Origin: Scyliorhinus canicula
Taxonomy: Eukaryota
Assembly: GCF_902713615.1 (NCBI RefSeq)
Contig: NC_052157.1
Coordinates: 46,152,553-46,216,552, forward strand
Direction: 5' to 3'
DNA: 64,000 nt
The notes under the pieces are model-generated. The model did not search any database. It saw nothing but the letters and a program-made list of their open reading frames with translations, and was not told where the DNA came from. Of the stretch, positions 34,633 to 46,909 are shown piece after piece. The number at the start of each line of letters is the position of its first letter. Position 1 is the stretch's first letter. The translations under genes and the position numbers were made by a program.

Positions 34633-36685
34633 AGTTATAGGCAGCACTCATCATTCCAGCAACAAAAGCATCATCAATCTGCAAAAACATTTCCTCAACG
34701 GCGTCATCAGGTGGCCCATTTGGATCAATGGCACGCACCAGGTCACACAACGTCTTCTTGCTTCAAACTGGATTGCCTTCTGGACTCATACGTCCCCCTG
34801 AGCCTGGTATACCAGGATCCAGGTATCTTAGAACAAATTCTCCTTCTTTCCAGATACAGAAAAGGAAGGAAACAGGAACAACAGTCTCCAGGCATTTGCA
34901 GCCAGCAGCAGGAGCAAGCAGCAAACACAACCTGCAGCTGTGAAGTGCTCTCGCAACGAACAAGGCTAATTCCCCATTTGAAATAACCTTCAGCTGTGAA
35001 GCTAGAGGCTGCTCACAGTCACAGGGAGTGAAATTGACTTTCAGCATCAAAGCCACAGTAGGGCTGTGTCCTGGATATGTTTGGTAGGGCAAACAAGCTG
35101 CAGCTGTGGTTTCCCCTATTATAGGCCTCCACAATATTTAAATATGGCTTGGAGGCCTTACATATGCAAAGCCACCCCCCCCCCCCCCCCCCCATCAGCC
35201 CAGGGATGACCCCAGACCTGGAACGCTTCAGCCCTCCCGACCAAGTCCAAACCCCGTAAAGGGTTCCCCTACCCCACGCCCCTCCCTTGAGCACTGGAGC
35301 AGCAGCTCTGGTCCCCTTGATCAGCATGCTGGAAAATGGAAATGGGTACTCACCTCCTCATGTCCCCTCGGAAGCCATTGTGGGAGATTCACGTTTTGGA
35401 AAAGGAGTACTGAACAACACCGACGGGACCTCTCGCTGGCAACTCGGGTAACTCCCAGGAGGCCGCTGCATTTGACTTCAATCTCGCTAATGAGGTTGAA
35501 ATGAATGCAAATGAGGGTTAATGACGCCCCCGCCATCTTCGGACAAGATCTAGAACTGTCCACGCCAGACGCAACACTAAGGTTGAATCACACCCTATAT
35601 CGCTATTCCTTCACTGTCGCTGGGTCAAAATCCTGGAACTCCCTCCCTAACAGCACTCTGGGTGCACCTACAGCTCAGGGACTGCATCCATTCAAGAAGG
35701 TAGTTCACCACCACCTTCTCTAGGGCTATTAAGAATGGGCAAAAATGCTGGTCTAGCAACAGCGATCCCCGTATCCTTTGATAAATTGGAACATAATTAA
35801 TAGTTTGGCATGATTTAAATTTTGGAACTTTGATTCAGTGAATCCATCAGTCTGATAATTCAGCCAATTTACATATTTACAAATAATCCAAGACTAAATT
35901 GATTGATAATGTTCTGGGGAAAAGAAACAGCAACTGAAAATCCAGCTGAATGAAAGACTAGGGTTACCATTGCAAGTAAGATGTATTAAGGATGCAATTT
36001 TCCAGGTTGGAATTAATGTCTAAAAACAATTACATTAAGTCAAAACTCTTTCTGTATTCTGACACAAGTCTAAAGGAATGTTTATAAACTGAATTAAAGG
36101 CAGAGAAATGTGTCTGGGCAAACCCCCAATTTATTATTTTTAGTAAGCTAGTTGTGCCTTCTCAATCTCACTCAGATAACGACAGCACTAAACCGTAGTT
36201 AATAAGTGCTCATTCTTTGCTTTCAGCTTTCAGATTCAATAGGGATGCATCATAAATGAGTGTGGGGGTTGGAGCTGTAACTGGATAACCCATTTGTAAC
36301 TTCAAACCTTGGCTGAAGGCCTCCCGAGCCAAAATATGTTTCCCCATGTGTTCTTCACGCAAATTTGCTTTCCTGATCTGAACTCAGAGAGACTGGGAAT
36401 GATCTGTGACTGGCATTGCACGCGTTCCTGGGACTTTACAATGTTCTTCATTGCAATTCAGCTAGAGAATTCTCTGTATTAAATTAGAGTGGAGAACGAG
36501 CCAACAAGCTGAAAATATATTTCATAAAAAGGTGGAATCAAATCAGCAGACTCTCATTGATTTTCTTTCCCTCCCTCAAAGACTGCCATTGTGAATGGTA
36601 ATGAGGAATGAGATGCTGCTACTTATAGAGCAACGGTGGGTGATGAAATCTTGAGACCTTTGGGCCAAGATTCTTCGACCCCACG

Positions 36686-37282
36686 CCGGGGGTGGAGGAA
36701 AGGAGAGGAAAGAGGCAAAGGGGAAAGGAGACAGAAGGAGAGGAGAGGGGAGAGAAGGGAGTGGGACGAGGAGAAGAGGAGAGAGGGGAAGAGGACGAAG
36801 TGAAAGTGAGGCAAGGGAAAGAGGGGAGGAAAAGGGAGGAGAGGGAAAGGGAGAAGAGGGAAGAAGAGTGAAGGGGAGGAGAGGAAAGGAGAGGGAGGGG
36901 AGCAGAGGGAAGAGCAGGAGAGGGAAAGGGAGGTGAGGGAAAGGGGGGAAGGGAGGAGAGGGAAGGAAGAGAGGGAATAAAAAGATGGAAAGGGGAGAGA
37001 TGGCAAGAGGAGTGGGAAAGAGATGTGAGGGAAAGAGAGGTGATGGGAGGAGAGACGGAGGGAAGGGGAGGAGAAGGGGGAAAGGGAGGAGAGGGGAGGG
37101 GAGGAGGAGGGAAGGGGAGAAGAGGGGAAGGGAGGAGAGGGAAGGGGATGAGAGAGATGGGGAGGTGAGGTAAAGGGAGGTGAGGGAAAAGGAGAAGAGG
37201 GAAATGAGGAGTGGGAAAGGGAGGAGATGGAAAGGGAAGAGAAGGAAAAGGAGGGGAAGTGAGGAAAGAAGAGGGGATGGAG
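36686..37282. repeat. Polypurine GA low-complexity tract
   Basis: Almost exclusively G/A on plus strand for ~600 bp. Confidence 0.92.
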
Positions 37283-37943
37283 ACGAGTGCTAAAAGAAAT
37301 TCAATTTTGGGATTAACATAGCAAAAAGAAAATCAGTGTGAAAAATAATTTCTTCACATTTTTGTCAAACATTTACTCAAGAAAATAGATGTTTGCTCCT
37401 AAAAGTGATAAATGACCACAGAAACACTCGTGCTTCCTCCATACTCTTCCGTGACCAGTTAGTTTGCTTCTCTCATTGACTGCAGCTACTAGGCTTGGCG
37501 CAGTGAGGTAACATTCATTACCTCACCAGCTCCTGCCTGTCACATTCAGGATACTCCTTTGTTGCGGACCCTGCTCAGAGCGTTGCTCCTCCATTTCCCT
37601 GGTGTTGAGAGGCTGTAGATAGCCGATGTTCTGAAAATTCCCCCTGTAGTTGTCAGCTGAACTGGCCAATCGACTGTCAGCACACTGAGCTCAGGATGGA
37701 GACCAAAATACTTTCATTGGACGTGCGGTGCAAAGTTAGTTTAGGAACAGATGTTAAAACTTAAGACCTGACACTCAAAATACTTCCAGCACCTTTGTGT
37801 GCATTGACTGCTGCACGCTTAGTGCAAGGAGCAATATAGTAAAAGCTGAAAATTCCAGACCTGATATTCACCCCTAAACACTCACATTAAAGTATTTTGT
37901 TTCTGTTCATTTAAGAATGACTGGATATTTACAGACCTCCACA

Positions 37944-38259
37944 ATAGAACAGTACAGCACAGAACAGGCCCTTCGGCCCTCGATGTTGTGCCGAGCAATG
38001 ATCACCCTACTTAAACCCACGTAACCTGTATACCCGTAACCCAAGAATCTCCCCATTAACCTTACACTACGGGCAATTTAGCATGGCCAATCCACCTAAC
38101 CCGCACATCTTTGGACTGTGGGAGGAAACCGGAGCACCCGGAGGAAACCCACGCACACACAGGGAGGACGTGCAGACTCCACACAGACAGTGACCCAGCC
38201 GGGAATCGAACCTGGGACCCTGGAGCTGTGAAGCATTGATGCTAACCACCATGCTACCC
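37944..38259 (-). mobile_element. HE1/V-type SINE with CR1-derived tail
   Basis: Tail CATCGAGGGCCGAAGGGCCTGTTCTGTGCTGTACTGTTCTA matches the CR1 3' end at 58420-58479. Confidence 0.9.
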
Positions 38260-38419
38260 CTTTTCTTGATTGGTCGTGACAGGTCCCAACAAACTCTGCC
38301 CCCATTTTATACTGGAGGCAAATCTCATTCGGAGTGCCAGCGTTTAAAAAATATTTGTAATGTTTTCACAGAGAAAATTGACCCAATGAATTCAACAAAA
38401 CATTTCAGAATGAAAGCCA

Positions 38420-38590
38420 AATACTGTGAAGGCTGAAGGTGCTGGATAAACTCAACAGAACTGGCAGCATCTGTGGAGAGAGAAGAAGAGTTAATTCAAG
38501 TTTGGAAGACGTGTCATATTGACCTCTAAACACTTTTCTCCGACAACAGATGCTGCCAGACCTGCTGCGTTTTTCCAGAACATTTTTCTT
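38420..38590. mobile_element. Short inverted pair of the CAGATGCTGCCAGACCTGCTG repeat (probably Penelope-related)
   Basis: CTGGCAGCATCTGTGG at ~38461 facing ACAGATGCTGCCAG at ~38546; other copies at ~18115, ~30210 and ~59675. Confidence 0.55.
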
Positions 38591-38914
38591 ATAGAATTTA
38601 CAGTGCAGAAGGAGGCCATTCGGCCCATTGAGCCTACACCGGCCCCTGAAAGAGGACCCTACCTAAGCCCACACCACCACCCTATCCCCATAACCCAGCA
38701 ACCCCACCTAACCTTTGGACACAATGGGGCATTTTAGCGTGACCAATCCACCTAACCCGCACATCGTTGTACTGTGGGAGGAAACCGGAGCACTCGGAGG
38801 AAACCCACGCACACACGGGGAGAACGTGCAGACTCCGCACAGGCAGTGACCCAAGCCGGGAATCGAACCTGGGACCCTGGAGTTGTGAAGTAACAGTGCT
38901 ACCATACTGCCCCC
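38591..38914 (-). mobile_element. HE1/V-type SINE with CR1-type tail
   Basis: Conserved body; tail GGCCTCCTTCTGCACTGTA...TTCTAT. Confidence 0.88.
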
Positions 38915-39896
38915 TTTCTTAGGACGTCTTAGAATCCCTATTGAGTAAGTCACATCCTTGATTCTGAATTGACCCGCCTACTTTGCAGTTAACTGAAAGT
39001 TAAACATGCATAATTCATCCCAAAGATGATAATTTGTAAAACAAAAAGGAACTACGAGCTATAAAGTTTAAATACAGGGCTATTTTTCTCTTCCTGGACC
39101 TGGGACTATTCAACTACCTGAACTAATATCAGATATTGAGCAGAATTGTACATGGTGCAGCCACCTCCAAACACAATTTTCACTGGATAAGCGATTCAAC
39201 AAAAGCAGCCACAGGAACAAAAAAAATCTGCCCTTGACATTGGTATATGCACTCGAACAACGGTCCCAATGGTTTTTAAACGTCAGCCCTTATCTAACAG
39301 CCAGGCCTTCATTGAAGGCCTCAGAATGACTGCCGCAGAGAAAGGGGTCTCAACAATATTCAAATTGCTTGTTGAGTGAGGTTCACCTTTAATCTCGTTT
39401 CTCAGGTATTTCAATTTACTCTTCACGACAACTTGACGGCCTTTTGTCTGGTCAAACTTGAGTACGAGTAATTTGACTTTATGGTTGCCGCCCCACAGCC
39501 TGAAATGACATTAGCCATGAGTGCATTGGAGAGAGAGAGACACTGGCAGAATGGAACCCACTGATAGAGGGAGGCAGCTGTGGAAATCACTGAAAGAGGC
39601 AGCAAATTTCTTTGTCCTGTCTCAACCTGGAATGCAACGAAAGCTGGAACAGTTTCATTTGGAAAAGCAAGAGTGACCCCTAGTGCATCAAATACTTGCG
39701 GCCTCACAACACCCAGAAGCTTCTGCTTTACAAACTCTGATCCAAAACATTTGAAATCAAATGATCTGATATTTCAACATATATTAACATTGAAGTCCTA
39801 TTTAATTCAATTGTTGGATAATTCATTTTTTAACTGCAATAGCCCACAACAACAACTTACATTTGTAAAACACCTTTAACCTAAGTCCACTGAGTC

Positions 39897-40224
39897 CATA
39901 GAATCTCCACAGCGCAAAAGGTGGTCTTTTGCCGATCGAGTCTGCACTGACCCTCTAAAAAAGCACCCTACATAGGCCCACTACCCCGCCCTTGCCCTGT
40001 GATTCAACTTGACCTGCACATCTCTGGACACTAAGGGGCAATTTATCATGGCCAATCCACCTAACCTGCCCATCTTTGGACTGTGGAAGGAAACCGGAGC
40101 TCTCGGAGCAAACCACAAGGAGAAATTGCAAACTCCGCGCAGTCACCCAAAGCTAGAACCGAACCGGGCCGGGTCCATGGCGCTGTGGGGCAGCAGTGCT
40201 AACCACTGTGTCACCATGTCGCCC
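39897..40224 (-). mobile_element. HE1/V-type SINE (diverged)
   Basis: Same head, body and tail architecture. Confidence 0.82.
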
Positions 40225-41663
40225 TCAAATATCCCAACACTCTTCACAAGTCATAATATTGACACAGAGGCGAGGAAAGTGACATGTCAATAGGTGACCA
40301 ACTACTTGGCAAAGAGGTAGGTGTGAAGGAGCATCGAGAGACAGGCAGCAAGGCTCAGAGAGTGAATTGCAGAGCTAAGTCCGAGGCCAGGCGTACAAAA
40401 GAGGTCAGAACTGGAGGAAAGCAGATACCTCATGGAGTTGTATGGCTGGAGGTGGTCACACAGAAAGAGATTGGCCTTGGAGACCATGGAGGGATTCAAA
40501 TACAAAATTGAGAAGTTTAAAATCGAGGTGCCAGTGCAGGTGGATGAGAGTAGAGGGGTTGGGATGAGTTTAAATTGTTAGGAATTGGCTCAATTGTGCT
40601 TCATATTTGGATACATTTTGGTTGAAGTGGTGAATATTCCTTTGTGACAATAAATGTGAAATTGAGAAGAAAAAAAATGACACTTTTTCCCAGAAGGTGA
40701 CTGGGATGCTGTCATGCTGAAACTCACCTCAACAGTTATCTCAGCTGCTCGACCCCAGAAATTGGCTCAAATAGTTTGGACACAAATGCTGCCTAGGTTA
40801 TAAGACTGGCGTCATTTATACTATAAATAACAAGCCTCAATATCTGAAAGGTATTAATAGAAATCTGTTAAGTGTGCTTGCAATTCTAAACCAACCATTT
40901 TTTTGAAGGCGTGATATTTTCATTCTCTGAGGACAAATGAACAACAGGTGCCCAGTGGTTTACGTTTTAAAGTGACGTGTTCGCCTGTCAAATCAGATAT
41001 TGCACCATTAATGAAGATGTCTGATAATGTTTGTAAATTAATTATTTTTTTCATATATTTTTTATTAGATTTTTCAATTTTTTTTACAAGTATACTGCAA
41101 TGGTTCTAAAAGGACATTCTTCAGCAAAAGTGAGGGGACTAACTCTGAGGCCCTACTGTCGTTACCAACAGCATACTATCTCCTCACTCATTAAGAGATG
41201 TATCCACCACCCACCCTTCGGCAATGGTGCCACTCAATTCTGCCATGCTTAAGACACAAATAATAAGAAACTGAAGCAAACCTGTGCCGGGCAATCAGGG
41301 TAAGTGACAGATTGTAGAGCGAATGGCACACAGAACGTGCAGAAGAGCTGCTATTCCCGCGCCCGCATCGTGCAATCCTGAAAATGGTTTCTGACCAGAC
41401 CACTTCCTCACCAAATAAAATCGCTCATAGAATCCCGACAGTGCAGAAGGAGGCTATTCGGCCCATCGGGTCTGTACTGACCCTCCGATAGAGCCCTCTA
41501 CATAGGCCTACTCCCTTGCTCCATCCCCATAACCCCACCCAACCCATTTGGACACGATGAGGCCATCGGCAGGACCGTAAAATCCCATCAGCAGGAAGGG
41601 CTGGAAAATTCACCCTGCTGAGTAAACAAAAGTAAAAAGATTGTTCATTAACTCCTGGAAGGA

Positions 41664-41842
41664 GGGACTGGCTTAGCACAGGGCTAAAGAACTGGCTTTT
41701 AAAGCAGACTAAGGCAGGCCAGCAGCACGGTTCAATTCCCGTACCAGCCTTCCTGAACAGGCGCCGGAATGTGACAACTAAGGGCTTTTCACAGTAACTT
41801 CATTTGAAGCCTACTTGTGACAATAAGCAATTTTCATTTCAT
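41664..41842 (+). mobile_element. Second tRNA-derived SINE family with L2-like tail
   Basis: TTAGCACAGGGCTAAA...CGGTTCAATTCCCG head; tail shared with 16057; ends in (TTTCA)n. Confidence 0.85.
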
Positions 41843-43703
41843 GAAATGGGGAATTTATATCCATTTAACATTGCGACATTCACTGGAACATCGTTTGTTA
41901 CTGATTGCTGTTCTGTGGCCTGCATATCTCATTGCAAATATACTTTCCTCATGGTGTTAGAATCAGTCATTACTTCAAGCTGTCCCCACCTGTTTTAAGA
42001 TGTGTATAGCTCGATAGGTCTCATGAAGAGGTTCTGAATCTTGTATAGTTAACAGTTTGGGTTTATTAATTACCTGGAATTCTAGATGTAACTACAGCAT
42101 AAGACCTAAGTTGGAAGTTGTCTCCATGCTTTCTTCTACACATATTCCTGCCCCGTACGAGACAGTGCACTAACTGGGCCATGTGTTCCTTTGCATCACA
42201 GTGTGGGCGGTAACAAAACCAGCCCCGCTTTAACTCCTCTTATGCCAGACCCTCAGACTACACCAACTTTGCTCCCACCCTCGCTTCCACTCTTACCTCT
42301 GTCCTGAAGTCCCTCTTTCCCTGACTCCAGCGCCCACTCTTCATCCTCAATGTCAAATTTACCTGGGGGTCCATTGCCACTCCCATGGGCTTCTTAAGAT
42401 GGGTCCCCTTTCCTTCACTCCTGCTCCCATTCTTAACTTACACTGAAGTTCAGGGCTTCTTTAACTGCCAAGCACACCGACCAACTCTTACCGCTGGATG
42501 GAGCCTAGTCAGTATGAAACCAGACAGATGGGGGGTGTCATTGTTTTTTAAATCTTTATTTATATTCACTGTATATTGTGTTTCTCCTTTAAAAATGTAT
42601 TTAAAGGTTATTTCATTTATCAATGTTGGCATTTTGGAATGTCCTGTATTTTAACAATGTTTCTGCTAATGAAGGTCCCAAAGGAAATAACTACAATATT
42701 TATTTCTTTGAGAGATTTATTTTACTTCAGCTAAGAATGCACAGTGCTGCATGTGTACAGGTTTTCAACTTGCACATTGATTTGACTAGGAATGAAATGT
42801 CCAACAGAATCCTCTGGTTCACTTAAAGTCAATTACGTGCGGGATTCCCCGGCCTCCCGGCCATGTGTTTGCCGCGGTGGGAGGTGGCGCGTTGTTCGCT
42901 GCTGGCGGGATTCTCTGTTCCTGTCGCTGCCAATGAGAATACCCATTGAAGCCAACCCATGATGGAGCATTCCGGCCTATAATTTGAAGCGATGACTTGC
43001 CGTGTTGTGGGGTGCCGATATGTCTCCCAACCGCTGATGGGGTTAGGGTGGCAATGTGGAGTATTCCAGATGTTTGTAGGGGGCGGGATTCTTCCAATTG
43101 CTGCTGGAGATGAGGAGCTGTGGGGGAGGGTGGTGCTATCCCAGAAACACAGGCACATTGGACTAAATTATTTTGAATGAGCTGAGACTGGATACAGACA
43201 GGCAATTCGCTGTTTTGCCAGCACATTCCCACCTCTGGGTCACCTTGGCAAATGCAGGTTTGGTGTAGGAGCAGGAAGGCCTCGCTGATGCCCTAATGAG
43301 GCTGCTCGGCCAATGCCAACTGGAATTTGCGGAGGGTAGAGATTCATCTACCATTCTGTGCCCCGCCCCGCTTTGGCTGCAGACCAGCCGCTGGAACGGG
43401 CTTGCAGCTGCAGCCAGGTTTAAAGTTAGCTTCCCAAATTAATCTTTCAAAAAAGGTGAGAGTCGGAAAATGTGAATAAAAATATTTTTTGAAATAACGG
43501 TGCATCTCGAGGCTCGCTCTCTGACTCTCTTGCCTGCATTCCCTCCTGAGGGTGTAGTCGCTGATGTCTTACGGTCCGACACCCTCCTTCAGCTTTAGGA
43601 GGATCTCTGTCCGCATTCAGGCAATGTGGATGGTGAGGATCTCTCTGGCTACTAATTAGCTAACTTTGTGAAAACAAATTGCACCAGCCAGCGCCACACA
43701 GAT

Positions 43704-43891
43704 GGGGCTGTTTAGCACAGGGCTAATTCGCTGGCTTTGAAAGCAGACCAAGCAGACCAGCAGCACGGTTCGATTCCCGTAACAGCCTCCCCGAACAGGA
43801 GCCGGAATGTGGCGACTAGGGGCTTTTCACAGTAACTTCATTTGAAGCCTACTCGTGACAATAAGCGATTTACATTTCATTTCATTTTCAC
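43704..43891 (+). mobile_element. Second tRNA-derived SINE family copy
   Basis: Homologous to 41664-41842. Confidence 0.88.
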
Positions 43892-44936
43892 ATTGTGGGG
43901 TTGGGACCCAGAAACTCAGTTGACATCGGTGTCCCAACCCCAGAATTAAAATGCAGCCCTACTAGAGCTGATGCTTTGATTGTTCTGGGTTTTTTTAGGA
44001 GCTTCTGACTGCAACTGAAATCTGTCAGCACCAGGGCGGCACGGTGCTGTAGAAAGTCTATGATTTGCTTTCCATTCGGCAGGCATTGGGCTTTCCACTC
44101 CTTGGACCTGCATGGCTGGAACTTGAATCGCTACACTCCAAAAAGAAGTGCCTGATTTTTCTTTGCAGAAACAAACCCTGGCAGTCTGTATATTTCCAGT
44201 CATGTTCCTTTGTACATATGATGCCGGCAAGCAGGAAGGAGGCTTTGTTTTGTTTGGAGAGGATGGAGTTTTGCAGGACAGGCTGGGAAATCAGTGGGAT
44301 CTGCGCAGGCTGCAGTATGCCACCAGCACTAATCCAGGACATATGCTTTCACTCTGTGAGCACTCCCTGCTGCTCCAGCTCAGGAAGGGCTTTGTTTAGT
44401 TAGACTGAAGCTGACCAAATCTGACGACTTTTCGCACTTTGGTTCGCCGTCCTCAATCCTGAATGCGGAATCGGCCCGGGGAATTGACGAAAGCGATGGT
44501 GACTGCATTTCGTCCAAGCTTTAAACCAAACGTTGGCTGAATGCGGACAGGGCAGATTCTGCATGTGACGTTCGCCACACTGTTTACTTCGCTTCAAATT
44601 AAACCACTTACAAATTCCCATTTGTCATCGGAGTGTTCCTGAGTGAACTCATACAACAGATTTGCTGAGGTTTGACATTTTATTCTAAATTGGAGCTTTT
44701 ATGATTTTTTTTAAAGTATGTTTCTGGAGGTTTTACATTTTCACGCACAAAACAACAAAACCACAAGAATGATACAGTACAGTAAGCAACAAAGAGTTTC
44801 AGCATACATGAATACAGAGGGACAACCAGCTCCATACAATTATTCTTGACACGACTTGATGCCTCTATAATCCGAATCAGAAAACAAGGGAGAAACAGGC
44901 TAAGGCGACAAGACATGGTAAAATTGAGCACACATT

Positions 44937-45249
44937 CATAGAATAGAACCCCTACAGTGCAGAAGGAGGCCATTCGGCCCACCGAGTCTGCACCAACCCT
45001 CCTAAAGAGCACTTTACCGAGGCCCATTCCCCTGCCCTATCCCCATCATCCCCGCGCACTGATCGTGACAATCCACCTAACCTGCACATCTTTGGACTAT
45101 GGGAGGGAACCTGAGCACCTCGAACAAACCCAGAAAGACGTGGGGGAGAAGGTGAAACTCCACAAAGATAGTTACCCAAGGTCGGAATTGAATCTGGGTC
45201 CCTGGCGCTGTGAGGCAGCAGTGCTAACCACTGTACCACCGTGCCGCCC
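44937..45249 (-). mobile_element. HE1/V-type SINE with CR1-type tail
   Basis: GGGCGGCACGGTGGTACAGTGG head on minus strand. Confidence 0.85.
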
Positions 45250-45711
45250 ATGCAATGATTTCTCGCAATCGCCACAAGAGTTCAGGATAATATTTTCATG
45301 CCATGTTCAGGAGAGCACCAATATACATATATCAATACACACCACAACCTCCTCTCCTTGGACACCAGACTCGTCTGCACTCCTGCAGGAACCAATCACG
45401 GATTCTTCATATCCACCCTGAGAAAAGAGGAAACATACAACAAAAACATGCAAGAAAACACTCCAATCTCAAGGACAAGTCAGGAGGAACCCAGTCCTCC
45501 CCAAAATACGTAATCTACCCAGGCCATCAAGGAGACAATCATGGATTCATAAATTCAAATACAACTCCACACCAATCAACTACCCATCACCCTGCCATGG
45601 GTCCATTCATCCTCATTGTAAATGAGATGTGGAGATGCCGGCGTTGGACTGGGGTGAGCACAGTAAGAAGTCTTACAACACCAGGTTAAAGTCCAACAGG
45701 TTTGTTTCAAA

Positions 45712-45746
45712 CACAAGCTTTCGGAGCACGGCTCCTTCTTCAGGTG
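45712..45746 (-). ncRNA. Minimal type I hammerhead ribozyme motif
   Basis: Minus strand CAC-CUGAAGA-A-GGAGC-CGU-GCUCC-GAAA-GC-UU-GUG. Confidence 0.75.
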
Positions 45747-46286
45747 AATGGAAAGGCTTGTTCCAGAAATGTTTATATAGACACAGTCAGAGATGCCCCG
45801 GAATGCGAGCACCTGCAGGCAATCAAATCATCAAAGATGCAGAGAGAGAGGTAACTCCAGGTTAAAGAGGTGTGAATTGTCCCAAGCCAGTTCAGTCGGT
45901 AGGCCTCTGCAAGTCCAGGCTTGTTGGTGGGGGCCGAATGTAATGCGACATGAATCCCAGATCCCGGTTGAGTCCGCATTCATGCGTGCGGAACTTAGCT
46001 ATAAGTTTTTGCTCAGCAATTGCGGAACTTATAGCTAAGTTCCGCACGCATGAATGCGGACTCAACCGGGATCTGGGATTCATGTCGCATTACATTCGGC
46101 CCCCACCAACAAGCCTGGACTTGCAGAGGCCTACCGACTGAACTGGCTTGGGACAATTCACACCTCTTTAACCTGGAGTTACCTCTCTCTCTGCATCTTT
46201 GATGATTTGATTGCCTGCAGGTGCTCGCATTCCGGGGCATCTCTGACTGTGTCTATATAAACATTTCTGGAACAAGCCTTTCCATT

Positions 46287-46321
46287 CACCTGAAGAAGGA
46301 GCCGTGCTCCGAAAGCTCGTG
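46287..46321 (+). ncRNA. Minimal type I hammerhead ribozyme motif
   Basis: CAC-CUGAAGA-A-GGAGC-CGU-GCUCC-GAAA-GC-UC-GUG: core boxes, 5-bp stem II, 3-bp stem I, palindromic AGCU stem III. Confidence 0.78.
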
Positions 46322-46702
46322 TTTGAAACAAACCTGTTGGACTTTAACCTGGTGTTGTAAGACTTCTTATTGTAAATGAGATAAGGGGCGCCCAAAAAGC
46401 AGTCTCCTGCCATATCCACAAAGGTTACAGCACATAATTAAAAAATAGGAGTAAAGCTGTCCACAGATCCATTTGACATGATTTTTGCTAGAACAGGATA
46501 ACAAGTCACTCTCAGCCTTATGCTCACACCTCGCAGGAGGAAAGACGACAACAAATAATCAACAACAATATCACTCGGGAGTAACATCCAGGATTATTGA
46601 CGAATTGCAGGATAATAACACCATCTATGTTGCTCGAAAAGGCCAAAGCTGTGACAGGATCATCAAACACTCCTCAGGACCTCTCAAGGAATAAAGCACT
46701 GT

Positions 46703-46909
46703 GGGCGGCACGGTAGCACAGTGGTTAGCACTTTTGCTTCAGAGCTCCAGGGACCCGGGTTTGATTCCTGGCTTGGGTCACTGTCTGTGCGGTGTCTGCC
46801 CATTCTCCTCGTGTCAGTGTAGATTTCCTCTAGGGTGCTCCATGTTCCCCCCCCCCCCCCCCCCCCCCCTCCCCCCCAAAAGATGCGATAGTTAGTCGAA
46901 TTGGACATA
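46703..46909 (+). mobile_element. HE1-head SINE (truncated, internal poly-C)
   Basis: GGGCGGCACGGTAGCACAGTGGTTAGCAC head. Confidence 0.8.

Larger units (their letters stand above)
45629..46368. mobile_element. Penelope-like element 3' end inserted as an inverted duplication (344-bp arms)
   Basis: Arms 45664-46007 and 46026-46369; 14-bp TSD ATTGTAAATGAGAT (45615-45628 / 46369-46382); encodes EQKLIAKFRTHECGLN, matching the GIY-YIG C-terminus at 52075-52150. Confidence 0.93.

Noticed and set aside
40720-40830. Strong minus-strand donor GAG|GTGAGT as a coding exon
   Set aside because: All frames from nearby acceptors contain stop codons
45629-46368. Repeats as a CRISPR array or other prokaryotic system
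   Set aside because: No repeat-spacer periodicity; context is vertebrate TE DNA
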